Source of the DNA: Aliivibrio fischeri ES114 | GTDB lineage: Bacteria; Pseudomonadota; Gammaproteobacteria; Enterobacterales; Vibrionaceae | DNA length: 32,000 bases | Reading direction: 5' to 3' (one strand) | Assembly: GCF_000011805.1 (NCBI RefSeq) | Contig: NC_006840.2 | Part shown: positions 19,660 through 28,968 of the stretch, one piece after another | Numbering within the stretch: position 1 is the stretch's first letter | Layout of the letters: every line of letters begins with the position of its first letter | Position numbers and translations under genes: made by a program | The notes under the pieces: generated by a model | Told to the model about the DNA's origin: nothing | Seen by the model: the letters and a program-made list of their open reading frames with translations, nothing else | The model's database searches: none

Positions 19660-21723
19660 TTATTCAATTATCACTGGATAATCTTTATCCACGATCTCTT
19701 GTACAAATGGAGATGGTTTACCATGATAAACAATCCATACCTTTTTCTTTGCACGAGTTAAAGCGACATAGAATAGTCGTCGCTCTTCAGCATATGGAAA
19801 GCTTTCTGCATGAGGAAGTAAAGCCGTATCTAATGACTCCGCCCGCTCTTTCATCGGGAATTGTCCATCCGTCATCTCTACAATAAAGACATAATCTGCT
19901 TCAGTCCCTTTACTAGCATGACACGTATTATATTCCAAATTCAAACCAGGATAGAACTTAACCCACTCGTCAAAGCTATCGGGCTTATGATTATGGTTAC
20001 GTCCAAGAATCACGACTTTTTCGCCATCACGAATGTTTTTAGATAATGATAAGAGCTCTTTTTCTATAGATTGGTGCTCTATTACTTTCACTGCCTTTCT
20101 TTTCTTTTTAGTGAAACTATTTAGCTCTTTTTTAAGCTGCATAGGGTTCTCTTGAACAAAGCGATTTGCTACCGCCCCTATTTGATCATTAAAACGATAC
20201 GTTGTCGATAAATGAGCAATTTGTGTCGATTGAAAACGATGTTCAAACCCTGTAGTTAGCGACACATCTGCACCAGCAAAACGGTATATCGCTTGCCAAT
20301 CATCACCAACAGCAAATAGCGTAGCCTTAGTTTGATGTTTATTTTCGGTGTGACAAATGGCTTCAATCAAATCTAGACGTTGTGGTGAAATATCTTGATA
20401 TTCATCAACCATTACAAATGACCAAGGCAATTCATACTTGTTATCAGCAATGTATGCTTTAGCCTTAGTAATCATTGATTCATAATCAATAGCATCTTCA
20501 TGTTTCAGCGTTCTTTCATACGCCTTAAAGAATGGCCAAACAATATTCAATTCACTTTTTAAACGCTGCACATCAGGATGAAACTCAATCTTTTCAACAA
20601 TGCTTTTCTTATCTAATTGCAGACTATTTAATTGGCAAATTTGTTTATAAAGCCATTCTTGTAACTTTTCATTGTGCGATTCTTCTCTTAAATCGACATC
20701 ACCACGCAAATAAGCAATTGGCCATTTCTTAAGGTGCTTCTTCCAACGGTTCATCGCTGTTGCATTTTTCCATTCGGAATCCAAAACATGAACAAACCAT
20801 TCTTTACGGGCTTTAACATCAGTAACTAAACATGATAGCTTTGGTTGTTGATATTCAACATGACGAATAATATCTAAGCCTAATTGATGAAAAGTAGCGA
20901 CTTTGACTCGTTGACCTATTTCAAAACCGAGTTTATCAATGATACGACCTGACATTTCTTGTGCAGCTTGACGACCAAAAGCCAATAACAAAATTTCGTC
21001 TGCTTGAGCTTGTCCACTTTGAATTAAATAATTTACACGGGCAACCAATACACTTGTTTTACCTGAGCCTGCTCCAGCTAAAACTAAGGTGTGGTCTTCA
21101 TTTAATAGCAAAGCACTTTGCTGAGATTCATTTAGTGGCTGTGATTCACACTCAGAAAAAAACGTTTTCCATTCTACTTTTTGCTCTTCTAACCAATTAT
21201 CATTCAAGACTTTTAATTGTTCTTCTGGCTCAGTAAGCCAATCAATAACAGGGGCAATACAATCAGGTTGAAGCTGTTCAGCTAAAGGAATGGAAATCTT
21301 CGTCTGCTCGAAAAGATCATATAACTTTTCGACCATCATTAAAGCTTCTGTTTGCTTTAAAAAGCGCTTGTTTGCACTAAAATTTTCGATTAATTCAATC
21401 ATCTGTGGTTGCAGCTGATTTAACAGCAATACTTTTGATTCTTTCCAATCAGCATAAGCATTTAACACTGCATTAATTATGGCATCACACTCTTCCCATG
21501 GAAGTCCAGATACTCGCCATGCCACTTGTTCATTGCGATTATAAAAACAAAGCGCTCCCCAAATAAGGCCTCTTTCAAAAGTCACTTTTCCACTCCATTT
21601 ATCAAATGGAACAGATACTTGATATTTATGTGAGGTAAACAACAGCTGCTCTTGCTCTAATTCAAGTTGATAAAAGTCACCTTGAACTAACCACTGAGCG
21701 AAAGGGGTTGCTTTGATCTGCAT
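19660..21723 (-). CDS. helD: DNA helicase IV (UvrD/Rep-type superfamily 1)
   Basis: 687 aa; Walker A AGAGSGKTSVL, VDEYQDISPQRLDL, LFAVGDDWQAIYRFAGAD, YVALTRAKKKVWIV; next to mgsA. Confidence 0.93.
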   Translation of the reverse strand: MQIKATPFAQWLVQGDFYQLELEQEQLLFTSHKYQVSVPFDKWSGKVTFERGLIWGALCFYNRNEQVAWRVSGLPWEECDAIINAVLNAYADWKESKVLLLNQLQPQMIELIENFSANKRFLKQTEALMMVEKLYDLFEQTKISIPLAEQLQPDCIAPVIDWLTEPEEQLKVLNDNWLEEQKVEWKTFFSECESQPLNESQQSALLLNEDHTLVLAGAGSGKTSVLVARVNYLIQSGQAQADEILLLAFGRQAAQEMSGRIIDKLGFEIGQRVKVATFHQLGLDIIRHVEYQQPKLSCLVTDVKARKEWFVHVLDSEWKNATAMNRWKKHLKKWPIAYLRGDVDLREESHNEKLQEWLYKQICQLNSLQLDKKSIVEKIEFHPDVQRLKSELNIVWPFFKAYERTLKHEDAIDYESMITKAKAYIADNKYELPWSFVMVDEYQDISPQRLDLIEAICHTENKHQTKATLFAVGDDWQAIYRFAGADVSLTTGFEHRFQSTQIAHLSTTYRFNDQIGAVANRFVQENPMQLKKELNSFTKKKRKAVKVIEHQSIEKELLSLSKNIRDGEKVVILGRNHNHKPDSFDEWVKFYPGLNLEYNTCHASKGTEADYVFIVEMTDGQFPMKERAESLDTALLPHAESFPYAEERRLFYVALTRAKKKVWIVYHGKPSPFVQEIVDKDYPVIIE

Positions 21724-21915
21724 GATTCAATACTACCTAATTAATATGACACTATGAGAGTGTTTCATTCACGAATTTGCTGAAGAGGTCATAGGATATC
21801 AGGTTCTTTTTTTGTTGTCTCAGATCAGTATTAAGACAATGATTCAGATTTAGACTCTTTCTTCTCCGTATGACTTTGTTATGATAGGTTTTTTCCCTAA
21901 GCAGAAAGTAATATC

Positions 21916-24099
21916 GTGACTTATCGCCAGATTTTTCGCCAATATTGGGCCAATAAAACCATCAATTATAGTATCAGAGTATTACTCGCTCTTGTTGGTG
22001 CTGTTATTCCCTGTTGGTACCTTGAGCAAAATACGGCAATTACTCCACTCATTCTTGGAATTATTGCGGCCGCATTAGCTGAAACTGACGATAAACTATC
22101 CGGAAGACTCAAGGCCTTATTCTTCACTTTCATCTGTTTTGCTATTGCCGCTTTCTCCATTGAGATTCTCTTTCATACACCAATTTTATTTGCGATTGGA
22201 TTATTTTGCTCAACCATTGCATTTATTATGCTTGGAGCTCTAGGGCCTCGCTACGCTAGCATTGCTTTTGGCTCACTACTTATCGCTATCTATACCATGC
22301 TAGGCGCTGCCGAAAGTCCAAATCTTTGGTATCAGCCAACCCTTTTACTAGGGGGTGCAGCTTGGTATTACACTATCTCGTTAACATGGCAAATATTTTG
22401 GCCATTGCAGCCAGTTCAACAAAACCTAGCAACAGTATTTGAAACCATGGCTACGTACTTAAATAGTAAAAGTGAGTTATTCCATCCTGTAACCAATCTA
22501 GTTCCACAGCCTTATCGCCTTCAAGAAGCCAAAAATAATGCTCAAATGGTGACTGCACTTAATAATAGTAAAGCATCGTTATTAACAAGAGCGAAGCGTG
22601 GCCATGTGGTTGGTGCTAGCGATAAGTTTTTAAAAATATATTTTATTGCACAAGACATTCATGAGCGAGTGAGTTCTAGTCATTATCGCTATCAAGATTT
22701 AGCTAATACGTTTAATCGCAGCGATATTTTATTCCGCTTTAAACATTTACTTCATAGCCAATCGTTAGCCTGTAAAGAAGTTGCTCGCTGTTTATCTCTT
22801 GGTTTACCTTATCAACATGATAACGCTTCTATTTTTGCTTTAGATGAATTACAGCAATCACTTATTGCATTAAAAGAGCAACAAAAACCAGAATGGCGGT
22901 TATCTCTTATTCAATTGGATTACCTGTTTAATAACTTAGCAACGGTTGAGCGCCAATTTGCTAATATTAGTAATCCTGAAAGGGCGTTAGAAACAGAAGA
23001 AGATACAGTCTTAGCAGATCAAGGCGCTCACACGCCTAAGGCCATGTGGCAACGCTTAAGAGCAAACTTAACTACAGATTCAGTCTTATTTAGACACGCT
23101 ATTCGCATGGCGTTAGCCTTAACTGCTGGTTATGGCATTATTCAAGCATTTGAATTAGAACGTGGTTATTGGATTTTGCTCACTACCTTATTTGTTTGTC
23201 AGCCAAACTACAGTGCAACTAAAGAAAAACTTGTGGCGCGAGTTGCTGGGACTTTAATTGGTTTATTGGCAGGAACCACCCTACTGGTTCTATTTCCATC
23301 TCTAGATAGCCAACTCGTATTAATGGTTATTTCTGGCGTATTGTTCTTTGCGTTCCGCCTTGCTAACTATGGATTTGCGACTGCCTTTATTACAATGCTT
23401 GTTTTATTCTGCTTTAACCAATTAGGTGAAGGCTACGCAGTGATTTTACCAAGATTGGGGGATACACTCGTTGGCTGTGCTCTTGCGGTATTAGCGGTAA
23501 CCTATATTCTTCCCGATTGGCAAGCAAAACGTCTAGATAAAGTTATGTCTGATACGGTGCATGCTCACCAAGATTACTTATCGAATATCATTTCTCAATA
23601 TCGAGCAGGAAAGAAAGATTCTCTTCAGTATCGTTTATCACGCCGTGAAGCTCATAATAGTGAGGCTGCACTTAGTTCGGCGATCAGTAACATGTTGATT
23701 GAACCCGGTAAATATCAAACAGCTGTCGATGAATCCTTCCGCTTTTTATGCCTGTGTCATGCGATGCTAAGCTATATCTCCGCACTTGGGGCTCATCGTA
23801 TGCGTTTAAAAGATGAAGAAACGCATCAATTAGTTGCTGAATCACATCGTATTATTCACGCTCATTTAAATCAGATTCAATGCCAATTAAATAATACTGA
23901 TTGTAGTGATAAACTAAATACCGTTAAAGAAGAGAGTATCGAAAAACGTCTTTCAGAATGGCGTGATGAAGATGAAAACTCAATTAGAATGGTATTACAG
24001 CAATTGCATTTAATTCACCAAATATTACCTGAGATGCATACTTTATCTGCTTCACTAAGTACACAAATTCACAAAATGAAAACAAGTGCTAAAGTTTGA
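21916..24099 (+). CDS. yccS: YccS-like integral membrane protein (FUSC/aromatic-acid exporter superfamily)
   Basis: 727 aa; two TM blocks flanking a cytoplasmic region; LERGYWILLTTLFVCQPNYSATKEKLVARVAGTLIGLLAG. Confidence 0.85.
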   Translation: MTYRQIFRQYWANKTINYSIRVLLALVGAVIPCWYLEQNTAITPLILGIIAAALAETDDKLSGRLKALFFTFICFAIAAFSIEILFHTPILFAIGLFCSTIAFIMLGALGPRYASIAFGSLLIAIYTMLGAAESPNLWYQPTLLLGGAAWYYTISLTWQIFWPLQPVQQNLATVFETMATYLNSKSELFHPVTNLVPQPYRLQEAKNNAQMVTALNNSKASLLTRAKRGHVVGASDKFLKIYFIAQDIHERVSSSHYRYQDLANTFNRSDILFRFKHLLHSQSLACKEVARCLSLGLPYQHDNASIFALDELQQSLIALKEQQKPEWRLSLIQLDYLFNNLATVERQFANISNPERALETEEDTVLADQGAHTPKAMWQRLRANLTTDSVLFRHAIRMALALTAGYGIIQAFELERGYWILLTTLFVCQPNYSATKEKLVARVAGTLIGLLAGTTLLVLFPSLDSQLVLMVISGVLFFAFRLANYGFATAFITMLVLFCFNQLGEGYAVILPRLGDTLVGCALAVLAVTYILPDWQAKRLDKVMSDTVHAHQDYLSNIISQYRAGKKDSLQYRLSRREAHNSEAALSSAISNMLIEPGKYQTAVDESFRFLCLCHAMLSYISALGAHRMRLKDEETHQLVAESHRIIHAHLNQIQCQLNNTDCSDKLNTVKEESIEKRLSEWRDEDENSIRMVLQQLHLIHQILPEMHTLSASLSTQIHKMKTSAKV

Positions 24100-24177
24100 A
24101 GTCGATCTGTTATTCCGGTCGAATAATTGATGTTTCTCAATTATTTTTAGCGCAAGACGCCTACACTATTATTAAAG

Positions 24178-24197
24178 GGAGTTCATATTTGGACTCC
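24178..24197 (+). other. Small hairpin in the leader of the ACT-domain gene
   Basis: GGAGTTC-ATATTT-GGACTCC, 7 bp with one G-U, 6-nt loop; poor U-tract afterwards. Confidence 0.35.
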
Positions 24198-24228
24198 TTA
24201 ATTACCAATAATAATTGGAGGCGCCATT

Positions 24229-24726
24229 ATGAAAAGTATATTTATTGCTGCTTTTGTTGGAATTTCAAGCCCTGATCTTATCAAACGCCTAGCGTCCGTT
24301 ACTCATGAAGAAGGCGGCAAATGGCTAGTGAGTAAAATCCACTATCTAGATACACATATTTCTGCCGTAATTAAAATTGAAGTCCCTTCCGAACATAAAC
24401 AAGCCGTCCAAGATTATTTTTTATCTCAAGATGATCTAATGGTGACCTTTAGTGATGTTATTGATACCACAGTTCAAGATACACACAGCAAATTAAAAGT
24501 CGACTCTGAAGATAGAGCGGGTATTGTTAACGATATTAGCAATATTCTTCAAAATGAAGGTATTGAGCTAATCGATATGGACAGCCATCGTATAGGCGTT
24601 CCTGCTAGCGGTACAAGCGTATTTACTGCAACTCTTAGCCTCAAGTTGCCTGCAGCCGCAAACATTAATGATCTTGCTGCTGAAATTGAATCCTTAAGCG
24701 AAGACATGGTCGTCACTGTTATTTAA
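24229..24726 (+). CDS. ACT-domain protein (GcvR-like)
   Basis: Two ACT-like halves: FIAAFVGISSPDLIKRLASVTHEEGGKW... and KLKVDSEDRAGIVNDISNILQNEGIELIDM; SD GGAGG upstream. Confidence 0.75.
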   Translation: MKSIFIAAFVGISSPDLIKRLASVTHEEGGKWLVSKIHYLDTHISAVIKIEVPSEHKQAVQDYFLSQDDLMVTFSDVIDTTVQDTHSKLKVDSEDRAGIVNDISNILQNEGIELIDMDSHRIGVPASGTSVFTATLSLKLPAAANINDLAAEIESLSEDMVVTVI

Positions 24727-24745
24727 TTTACTATATCGCAAACGT

Positions 24746-24775
24746 AAAAAAGCCCACTCATTCCTGAATGGGCTT
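24746..24775. terminator. Terminator-like hairpin downstream of the ACT-domain gene
   Basis: AAAAAAGCCCA...TGGGCTTT; near-copy of the element at 24926-24958. Confidence 0.6.
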
Positions 24776-24794
24776 TCCAATTTTTGGTATGAGC

Positions 24795-24880
24795 GGAGCG
24801 ACACACGAGGTTCCCGATCTTCAAGGCATTAGGCGTGACCTCAACCTTGGTAAGATTGCGCTCTACCAGCTGCCCCCACA
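24795..24880 (-). pseudogene. Degenerate tRNA-Gly copy
   Basis: Reverse complement retains CAGCTGGTAGAGCGCAATCTTACCAAGGTTGAGGTCACG and a 3' end CCTCGTGTGTCGCTCC identical to the intact tRNA-Gly genes. The 5' acceptor strand is replaced (..GTTGTGGGGGCAGCTGG) and extra sequence disrupts the T-arm. Confidence 0.75.
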
Positions 24881-24925
24881 ACTCAGAGAACATAAATCGA
24901 ACCTCTTTTAGTTTTATTACAAACG

Positions 24926-24958
24926 TAAAAAAGCCCGTTCATTTCTGAACGGGCTTTC
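24926..24958. terminator. Intrinsic terminator after the tRNA cluster
   Basis: AAAAAAGCCCGTTCA-TTTC-TGAACGGGCTTTCTT. Confidence 0.8.
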
Positions 24959-24963
24959 TTGTT

Positions 24964-25039
24964 TGGAGCGACACACGAGGTTCGAACTCGTGACCTCAAC
25001 CTTGGCAAGGTTGCGCTCTACCAGCTGAGCTAGTGTCGC
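24964..25039 (-). tRNA. tRNA-Gly(GCC)
   Basis: Reverse complement GCGACACTAGCTCAGCTGGTAGAGCGCAACCTTGCCAAGGTTGAGGTCACGAGTTCGAACTCGTGTGTCGCTCCA; cloverleaf with anticodon GCC and encoded CCA. Confidence 0.95.
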
Positions 25040-25072
25040 ATTTGCTGCTCTTTCGAGTCAGACTCTAATAGA

Positions 25073-25159
25073 TGGTGCCCCGGGCCGGACTTGAACCGGC
25101 ACAGCGCGAACGCCGAGGGATTTTAAATCCCTTGTGTCTACCAATTCCACCACCAGGGC
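25073..25159 (-). tRNA. tRNA-Leu(TAA)
   Basis: Reverse complement GCCCTGGTGGTGGAATTGGTAGACACAAGGGATTTAAAATCCCTCGGCGTTCGCGCTGTGCCGGTTCAAGTCCGGCCCGGGGCACCA; long variable arm, anticodon TAA. Confidence 0.95.
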
Positions 25160-25236
25160 ACGCAATTTCTCGCGATGCCGATTACTGAAAAGTAAAACAC
25201 CATCTGTAATTACCGCAATTGCAGTAACTTTTAATT

Positions 25237-25312
25237 TGGAGCGACACACGAGGTTCGAACTCGTGACCTCAACCTTGGCAAGGTTGCGCTCTACCAGCTG
25301 AGCTAGTGTCGC
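25237..25312 (-). tRNA. tRNA-Gly(GCC)
   Basis: Same 76-nt sequence as 24964..25039. Confidence 0.95.
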
Positions 25313-25331
25313 ATAATGCATTCATAAAGAA

Positions 25332-25406
25332 TGGAGGCGCCTTCCCGGAATCGAACCGAGGTCCACGGATTTGCAATCCGCTGCATAGCCACTCTGCCAA
25401 GGCGCC
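25332..25406 (-). tRNA. tRNA-Cys(GCA)
   Basis: Reverse complement GGCGCCTTGGCAGAGTGGCTATGCAGCGGATTGCAAATCCGTGGACCTCGGTTCGATTCCGGGAAGGCGCCTCCA; anticodon GCA. Confidence 0.95.
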
Positions 25407-25465
25407 TTTGTTACCTTAAGTATTCAGCAACTTAATTCAGCGCCTTCCTCTTGGGTACGGGATGC

Positions 25466-25493
25466 ATTCTACTGATTCAGCACTTAGAGTCAA
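25466..25493 (-). promoter_or_regulatory. Stable-RNA-type promoter for the tRNA cluster
   Basis: On the minus strand: TTGACT-16 bp-TAGAAT followed by GCATCCCG (GC-rich discriminator), upstream of tRNA-Cys. Confidence 0.7.
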
Positions 25494-25683
25494 CACTATT
25501 TTTCTGTTTTTGTTTCGTATTGAATAAAATGCGATCAAAATGAATAGAAAACAAACGAAAACAGGCTTATTTAAGATGTTTTTTTTCTGAATAACTGCTC
25601 TTTTATCATTCTGAGATTAAAAAATCAAAACGATAAAGTCTGTAATATCAGCTGACTATGCAAAATAATATTTCAAATATAAA

Positions 25684-25707
25684 AAAAGCGAACCTAAGTT
25701 CGCTTTT
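25684..25707 (-). terminator. Intrinsic terminator of pgsA
   Basis: AAAAGCGAAC-CTAA-GTTCGCTTTT, followed on the minus strand by a T-run. Confidence 0.85.
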
Positions 25708-25721
25708 CAATTCATTTATAT

Positions 25722-26276
25722 CTATTCATCTGCATTAAGTAGATCATCTTTTGCTGCAGCTAAGTACTGCACCATCGACCAATATGTCAAAATAGTTGCA
25801 ATATATAGAGCGGCATAACCTAACCAGATCATCCAATCATCGTAACGCCAGATAAGAACCCAAAGCGCAAACATTTGAGATACAGTTTTTACTTTACCAA
25901 CCCAAGATACGGCAACACTTGCTCGTTTTCCTATTTCAGCCATCCACTCTCGTAATGCAGAAATAATAATTTCACGTGCAATCATTGTAATCGCAGGGAT
26001 GGTGATCCAAATTGTATGATAATGCTCAGTAATTAAAATTAAAGCAGCAGCCACCATGACTTTATCAGCAACTGGGTCTAAAAAAGCACCAAAGCGAGAA
26101 GTTTGCCCCAGTTTACGAGCTAAAAGTCCATCTAACCAATCAGTAAAACCTGCAACCCAGAATACCATTGCAGCAGCTACAGCTGACCATTCATAAGGCA
26201 AGTAGAACACAACAACAAACACAGGGATCAGTGCTAGTCGGATAAACGTGAGTATATTTGGTATTGTTAATCGCAT
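25722..26276 (-). CDS. pgsA: CDP-diacylglycerol--glycerol-3-phosphate 3-phosphatidyltransferase
   Basis: CDP-alcohol phosphotransferase motif [31 protein letters not shown]. Confidence 0.95.
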   Translation of the reverse strand: MRLTIPNILTFIRLALIPVFVVVFYLPYEWSAVAAAMVFWVAGFTDWLDGLLARKLGQTSRFGAFLDPVADKVMVAAALILITEHYHTIWITIPAITMIAREIIISALREWMAEIGKRASVAVSWVGKVKTVSQMFALWVLIWRYDDWMIWLGYAALYIATILTYWSMVQYLAAAKDDLLNADE

Positions 26277-26321
26277 AAATAATTCTTAAGTTTTGGTCCG
26301 CGAGTGTATGGTGCGCTTTTT

Positions 26322-28148
26322 TTATCCGTGTTTCAACGCATCATGTATTTTTTCTGCCAAAGAATGGCTAATGCCTGGCACTTTGGCTATTTCTTCGACA
26401 CTTGCACTTTTTAATTCTTGTAGGCCACCTAAATATTGCAACAATGCTTGTCTTCGTTTTGGACCAACCCCATCAATATTTTGAAGGGTACTCGTTTTTC
26501 TTACTTTAGCACGCTGTGCTCGGTGTCCACCAATAGCATGGTTGTGACTCTCATCACGAATATGCTGTATCAAATGCAAAGCAGGAGAATCACTTGGCAT
26601 TGAAAACTCTTCTCCACTAATTTTCACTAGTGTTTCTAACCCATGTTTACGAGTAACACCTTTTGCGATACCTAGTAATAATGGCTGCTTAGGCCAATCT
26701 TCCCAATGCTTACTGATAACCTCATAAGCTCGATTCAATTGCCCTTTACCACCATCAATAAAAATAATATCAGGGATTTTATCAATATCTAATTGTTTAC
26801 TGTAGCGTCGTTCAAGAACTTGCGCCATAGCAGCATAATCATCACCACCAGTAATTCCTGCTATATTATAACGTCGATACTCTGATTTTACTGGTCCTTC
26901 CTGATTAAAAACAACACACGATGCAACTGTTTTCTCTCCCATGGTATGACTAATATCGAAACATTCCATACGCTGAATAGAAGATAATACTAACGCTTCT
27001 TCTAATTGTTTAAAGCGCTGATACATTGTGAGTTTATGATTTGATTTACTGGTTAAAGCTGTTAATGCATTGGTATCTGCTAATTTTAAATAACGCCCTT
27101 TTATCCCTTTAGGATTTAATTGAAAAATAACTTTTCGCCCAGATAACTCAGTGAGTGCTCTTTCTAAATCTTCACTATTAAATTCAAAACTAGTGACCAC
27201 TCGATTAGGAATCGTTCTACCCTGTGTATGATTTAAGTAGTATTGAGTCAGAAAGCTTAAAAAGACTTCTTCTTTGTCTGTGTTAGCTGGTATCTTCGGG
27301 AAAAAACTGCGACTACCTAAAATCTTCCCTTGGCGAATCATCAATAAGTGAACACACGCCAAGCCATTTTCAATTGCAAACCCTAAAACATCAAGATCAT
27401 CACCACTGTCATCAGAGACATATTGTTGCTCCTGCACTCGTCTCATGGCTTGAATTTGATCTCGAATGATCGCTGCTTTTTCAAAATTCAAGGATTGACT
27501 GGCTGACTCCATTTGTTTGACCAGTGTTTGAATAACTTGCCTATCCTTACCTTGCAAAAACAAGCGAATAAAATCAGTCTGTTCTTTATATTCTTCATCA
27601 CTAACAATCCCTTTAACACAAGGGGCTAAGCAGCGTCCAATTTGGTGCATTAAGCATGGTCTATGACGATTTGCATATACCGAATCTTCGCATTGGCGAA
27701 TAGGGAATAACTTTTGGATGAGGTGAAGACTTTCTCTAACGGCTCCAGAATCAGGATAAGGGCCAAAGTACTCACCTTTTTTACGTTTCACACCACGGTG
27801 GATAGAGATCCTTGGATGCTTATGTTGTGAAATGAAAATATAAGGATACGATTTATCATCTCGAAGAAGCACATTATATTTAGGTAAGTATTGCTTAATA
27901 TAATTGTGTTCAAGGATGAGAGCTTCTGTTTCAGAGTGAGTGACAGTAACGTCAACTTGATGAATATGGCTAACTAACGCCTTAGTTTTTTCCGAAGGTA
28001 CATTACTACGAAAATAACTGGATAAACGTTTTTTTAAGTCTTTTGCTTTACCTACATAAATAACGTCAGCCTCGGCGTTATACATTCGATAAACGCCAGG
28101 CTGATGTGTTACAGATTTTAGGAACGCTTTTGAATCAAAGGAAGGCAC
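26322..28148 (-). CDS. uvrC: Excinuclease ABC subunit C
   Basis: GIY-YIG start [67 protein letters not shown]-terminal HhH motifs. Confidence 0.96.
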   Translation of the reverse strand: MPSFDSKAFLKSVTHQPGVYRMYNAEADVIYVGKAKDLKKRLSSYFRSNVPSEKTKALVSHIHQVDVTVTHSETEALILEHNYIKQYLPKYNVLLRDDKSYPYIFISQHKHPRISIHRGVKRKKGEYFGPYPDSGAVRESLHLIQKLFPIRQCEDSVYANRHRPCLMHQIGRCLAPCVKGIVSDEEYKEQTDFIRLFLQGKDRQVIQTLVKQMESASQSLNFEKAAIIRDQIQAMRRVQEQQYVSDDSGDDLDVLGFAIENGLACVHLLMIRQGKILGSRSFFPKIPANTDKEEVFLSFLTQYYLNHTQGRTIPNRVVTSFEFNSEDLERALTELSGRKVIFQLNPKGIKGRYLKLADTNALTALTSKSNHKLTMYQRFKQLEEALVLSSIQRMECFDISHTMGEKTVASCVVFNQEGPVKSEYRRYNIAGITGGDDYAAMAQVLERRYSKQLDIDKIPDIIFIDGGKGQLNRAYEVISKHWEDWPKQPLLLGIAKGVTRKHGLETLVKISGEEFSMPSDSPALHLIQHIRDESHNHAIGGHRAQRAKVRKTSTLQNIDGVGPKRRQALLQYLGGLQELKSASVEEIAKVPGISHSLAEKIHDALKHG

Positions 28149-28792
28149 TACAGCGTCTCAGCATCTAAAATACCATGACGAATAGCTAGATGAGTTAATT
28201 CAACGTCTCCACTTATATTTAACTTACTGAATAAACGGTAACGATAGCTGTTCACTGTTTTAGGGCTTAAATTCAGTTGTTCGGAAATATCCGTCACTTT
28301 TTCGCCTTTAGTGATCATCATCATTATTTGTAGTTCTCGTTCAGAAAGCTCTTTAAATGGATTCTCAGCATCTGGCGTAAATTGACTTAGCGCCATCTGT
28401 TGTGCAATTTCTGGTGATAAGTAGCGTTGACCACTTTGTACCATACGAATCGCATTAACCATTTCGTCAGGACCTGCACCCTTAGTTAAATAACCAGCAG
28501 CACCGGCTTGCATAACTTTAGTCGGAAATGGGTTTTCAGTATGAATAGTCAAAACTATAACTTTCACATCTGGGTTAAATCTTAAAATCTTTTTGGTTGC
28601 TTCTAAGCCACCAATGCCAGGCATGTTCATATCCATAAGAACAATATCTGCCTGCTCTGTTCGACACCATTTAACGGCATCTTCACCGCTGTCAGCTTCC
28701 CCTACTACTTTAATTCCACGGACGTCTTCAAGAATACGTCTAATCCCTGTGCGAACCAGCTCATGATCATCTACAAGGAATACTTTAATCAC
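28148..28792 (-). CDS. uvrY: UvrY/GacA/VarA-type response regulator
   Basis: Receiver domain [30 protein letters not shown] plus LuxR-type [41 protein letters not shown]; adjacent to uvrC. Track start 28801 is a GTG very close to the GGAG; GTG at 28792 has better spacing. Confidence 0.92.
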   Translation of the reverse strand: MIKVFLVDDHELVRTGIRRILEDVRGIKVVGEADSGEDAVKWCRTEQADIVLMDMNMPGIGGLEATKKILRFNPDVKVIVLTIHTENPFPTKVMQAGAAGYLTKGAGPDEMVNAIRMVQSGQRYLSPEIAQQMALSQFTPDAENPFKELSERELQIMMMITKGEKVTDISEQLNLSPKTVNSYRYRLFSKLNISGDVELTHLAIRHGILDAETL

Positions 28793-28968
28793 AACTGACA
28801 CTCCGATTTAATCTACAGCCACCTCTATGTAGAGGTCTTAACTAACTGTCTATTTTACCTTAAAAAAACAGATAAAAGCATATTGATTATGCGTTAGGCC
28901 GCAAAGTTTTGCTATTAAAAAGCTATTGACTTTGATCCGGTTTCTTCAATATACAATAAAAATAATTC

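Noticed and set aside
19861-21236. Plus-strand ORFs of 61, 66 and 91 aa
   Set aside because: All antisense to helD.
21966-22160. 64-aa minus-strand ORF
   Set aside because: Antisense inside the yccS-like gene.
25058-25321. 87-aa ORF (MHYATLAQLVERNLAKVEVTSSNLVC...)
   Set aside because: It is an antisense read-through of the Leu and Gly tRNA genes; LVELVDTRDLKSLG.. and LAQLVERNLAKVEVTSSNLV-type peptides are classic false ORFs over tRNAs.
24964-25406. Repeated tRNA-sized units considered as an integron/CRISPR-like repeat array
   Set aside because: The repeats are intact tRNA genes with normal spacers; no cas or integrase genes are present.
26293-26484. 63-aa plus-strand ORF (also 30782-30991)
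   Set aside because: Antisense to uvrC and polB respectively.
28802-28968. Plus-strand promoter-like TTGACT...TACAAT in the uvrY/polB gap, considered as a possible small RNA locus
   Set aside because: The spacer is about 20 bp, there is no matching terminator, and no structured RNA could be recognised.
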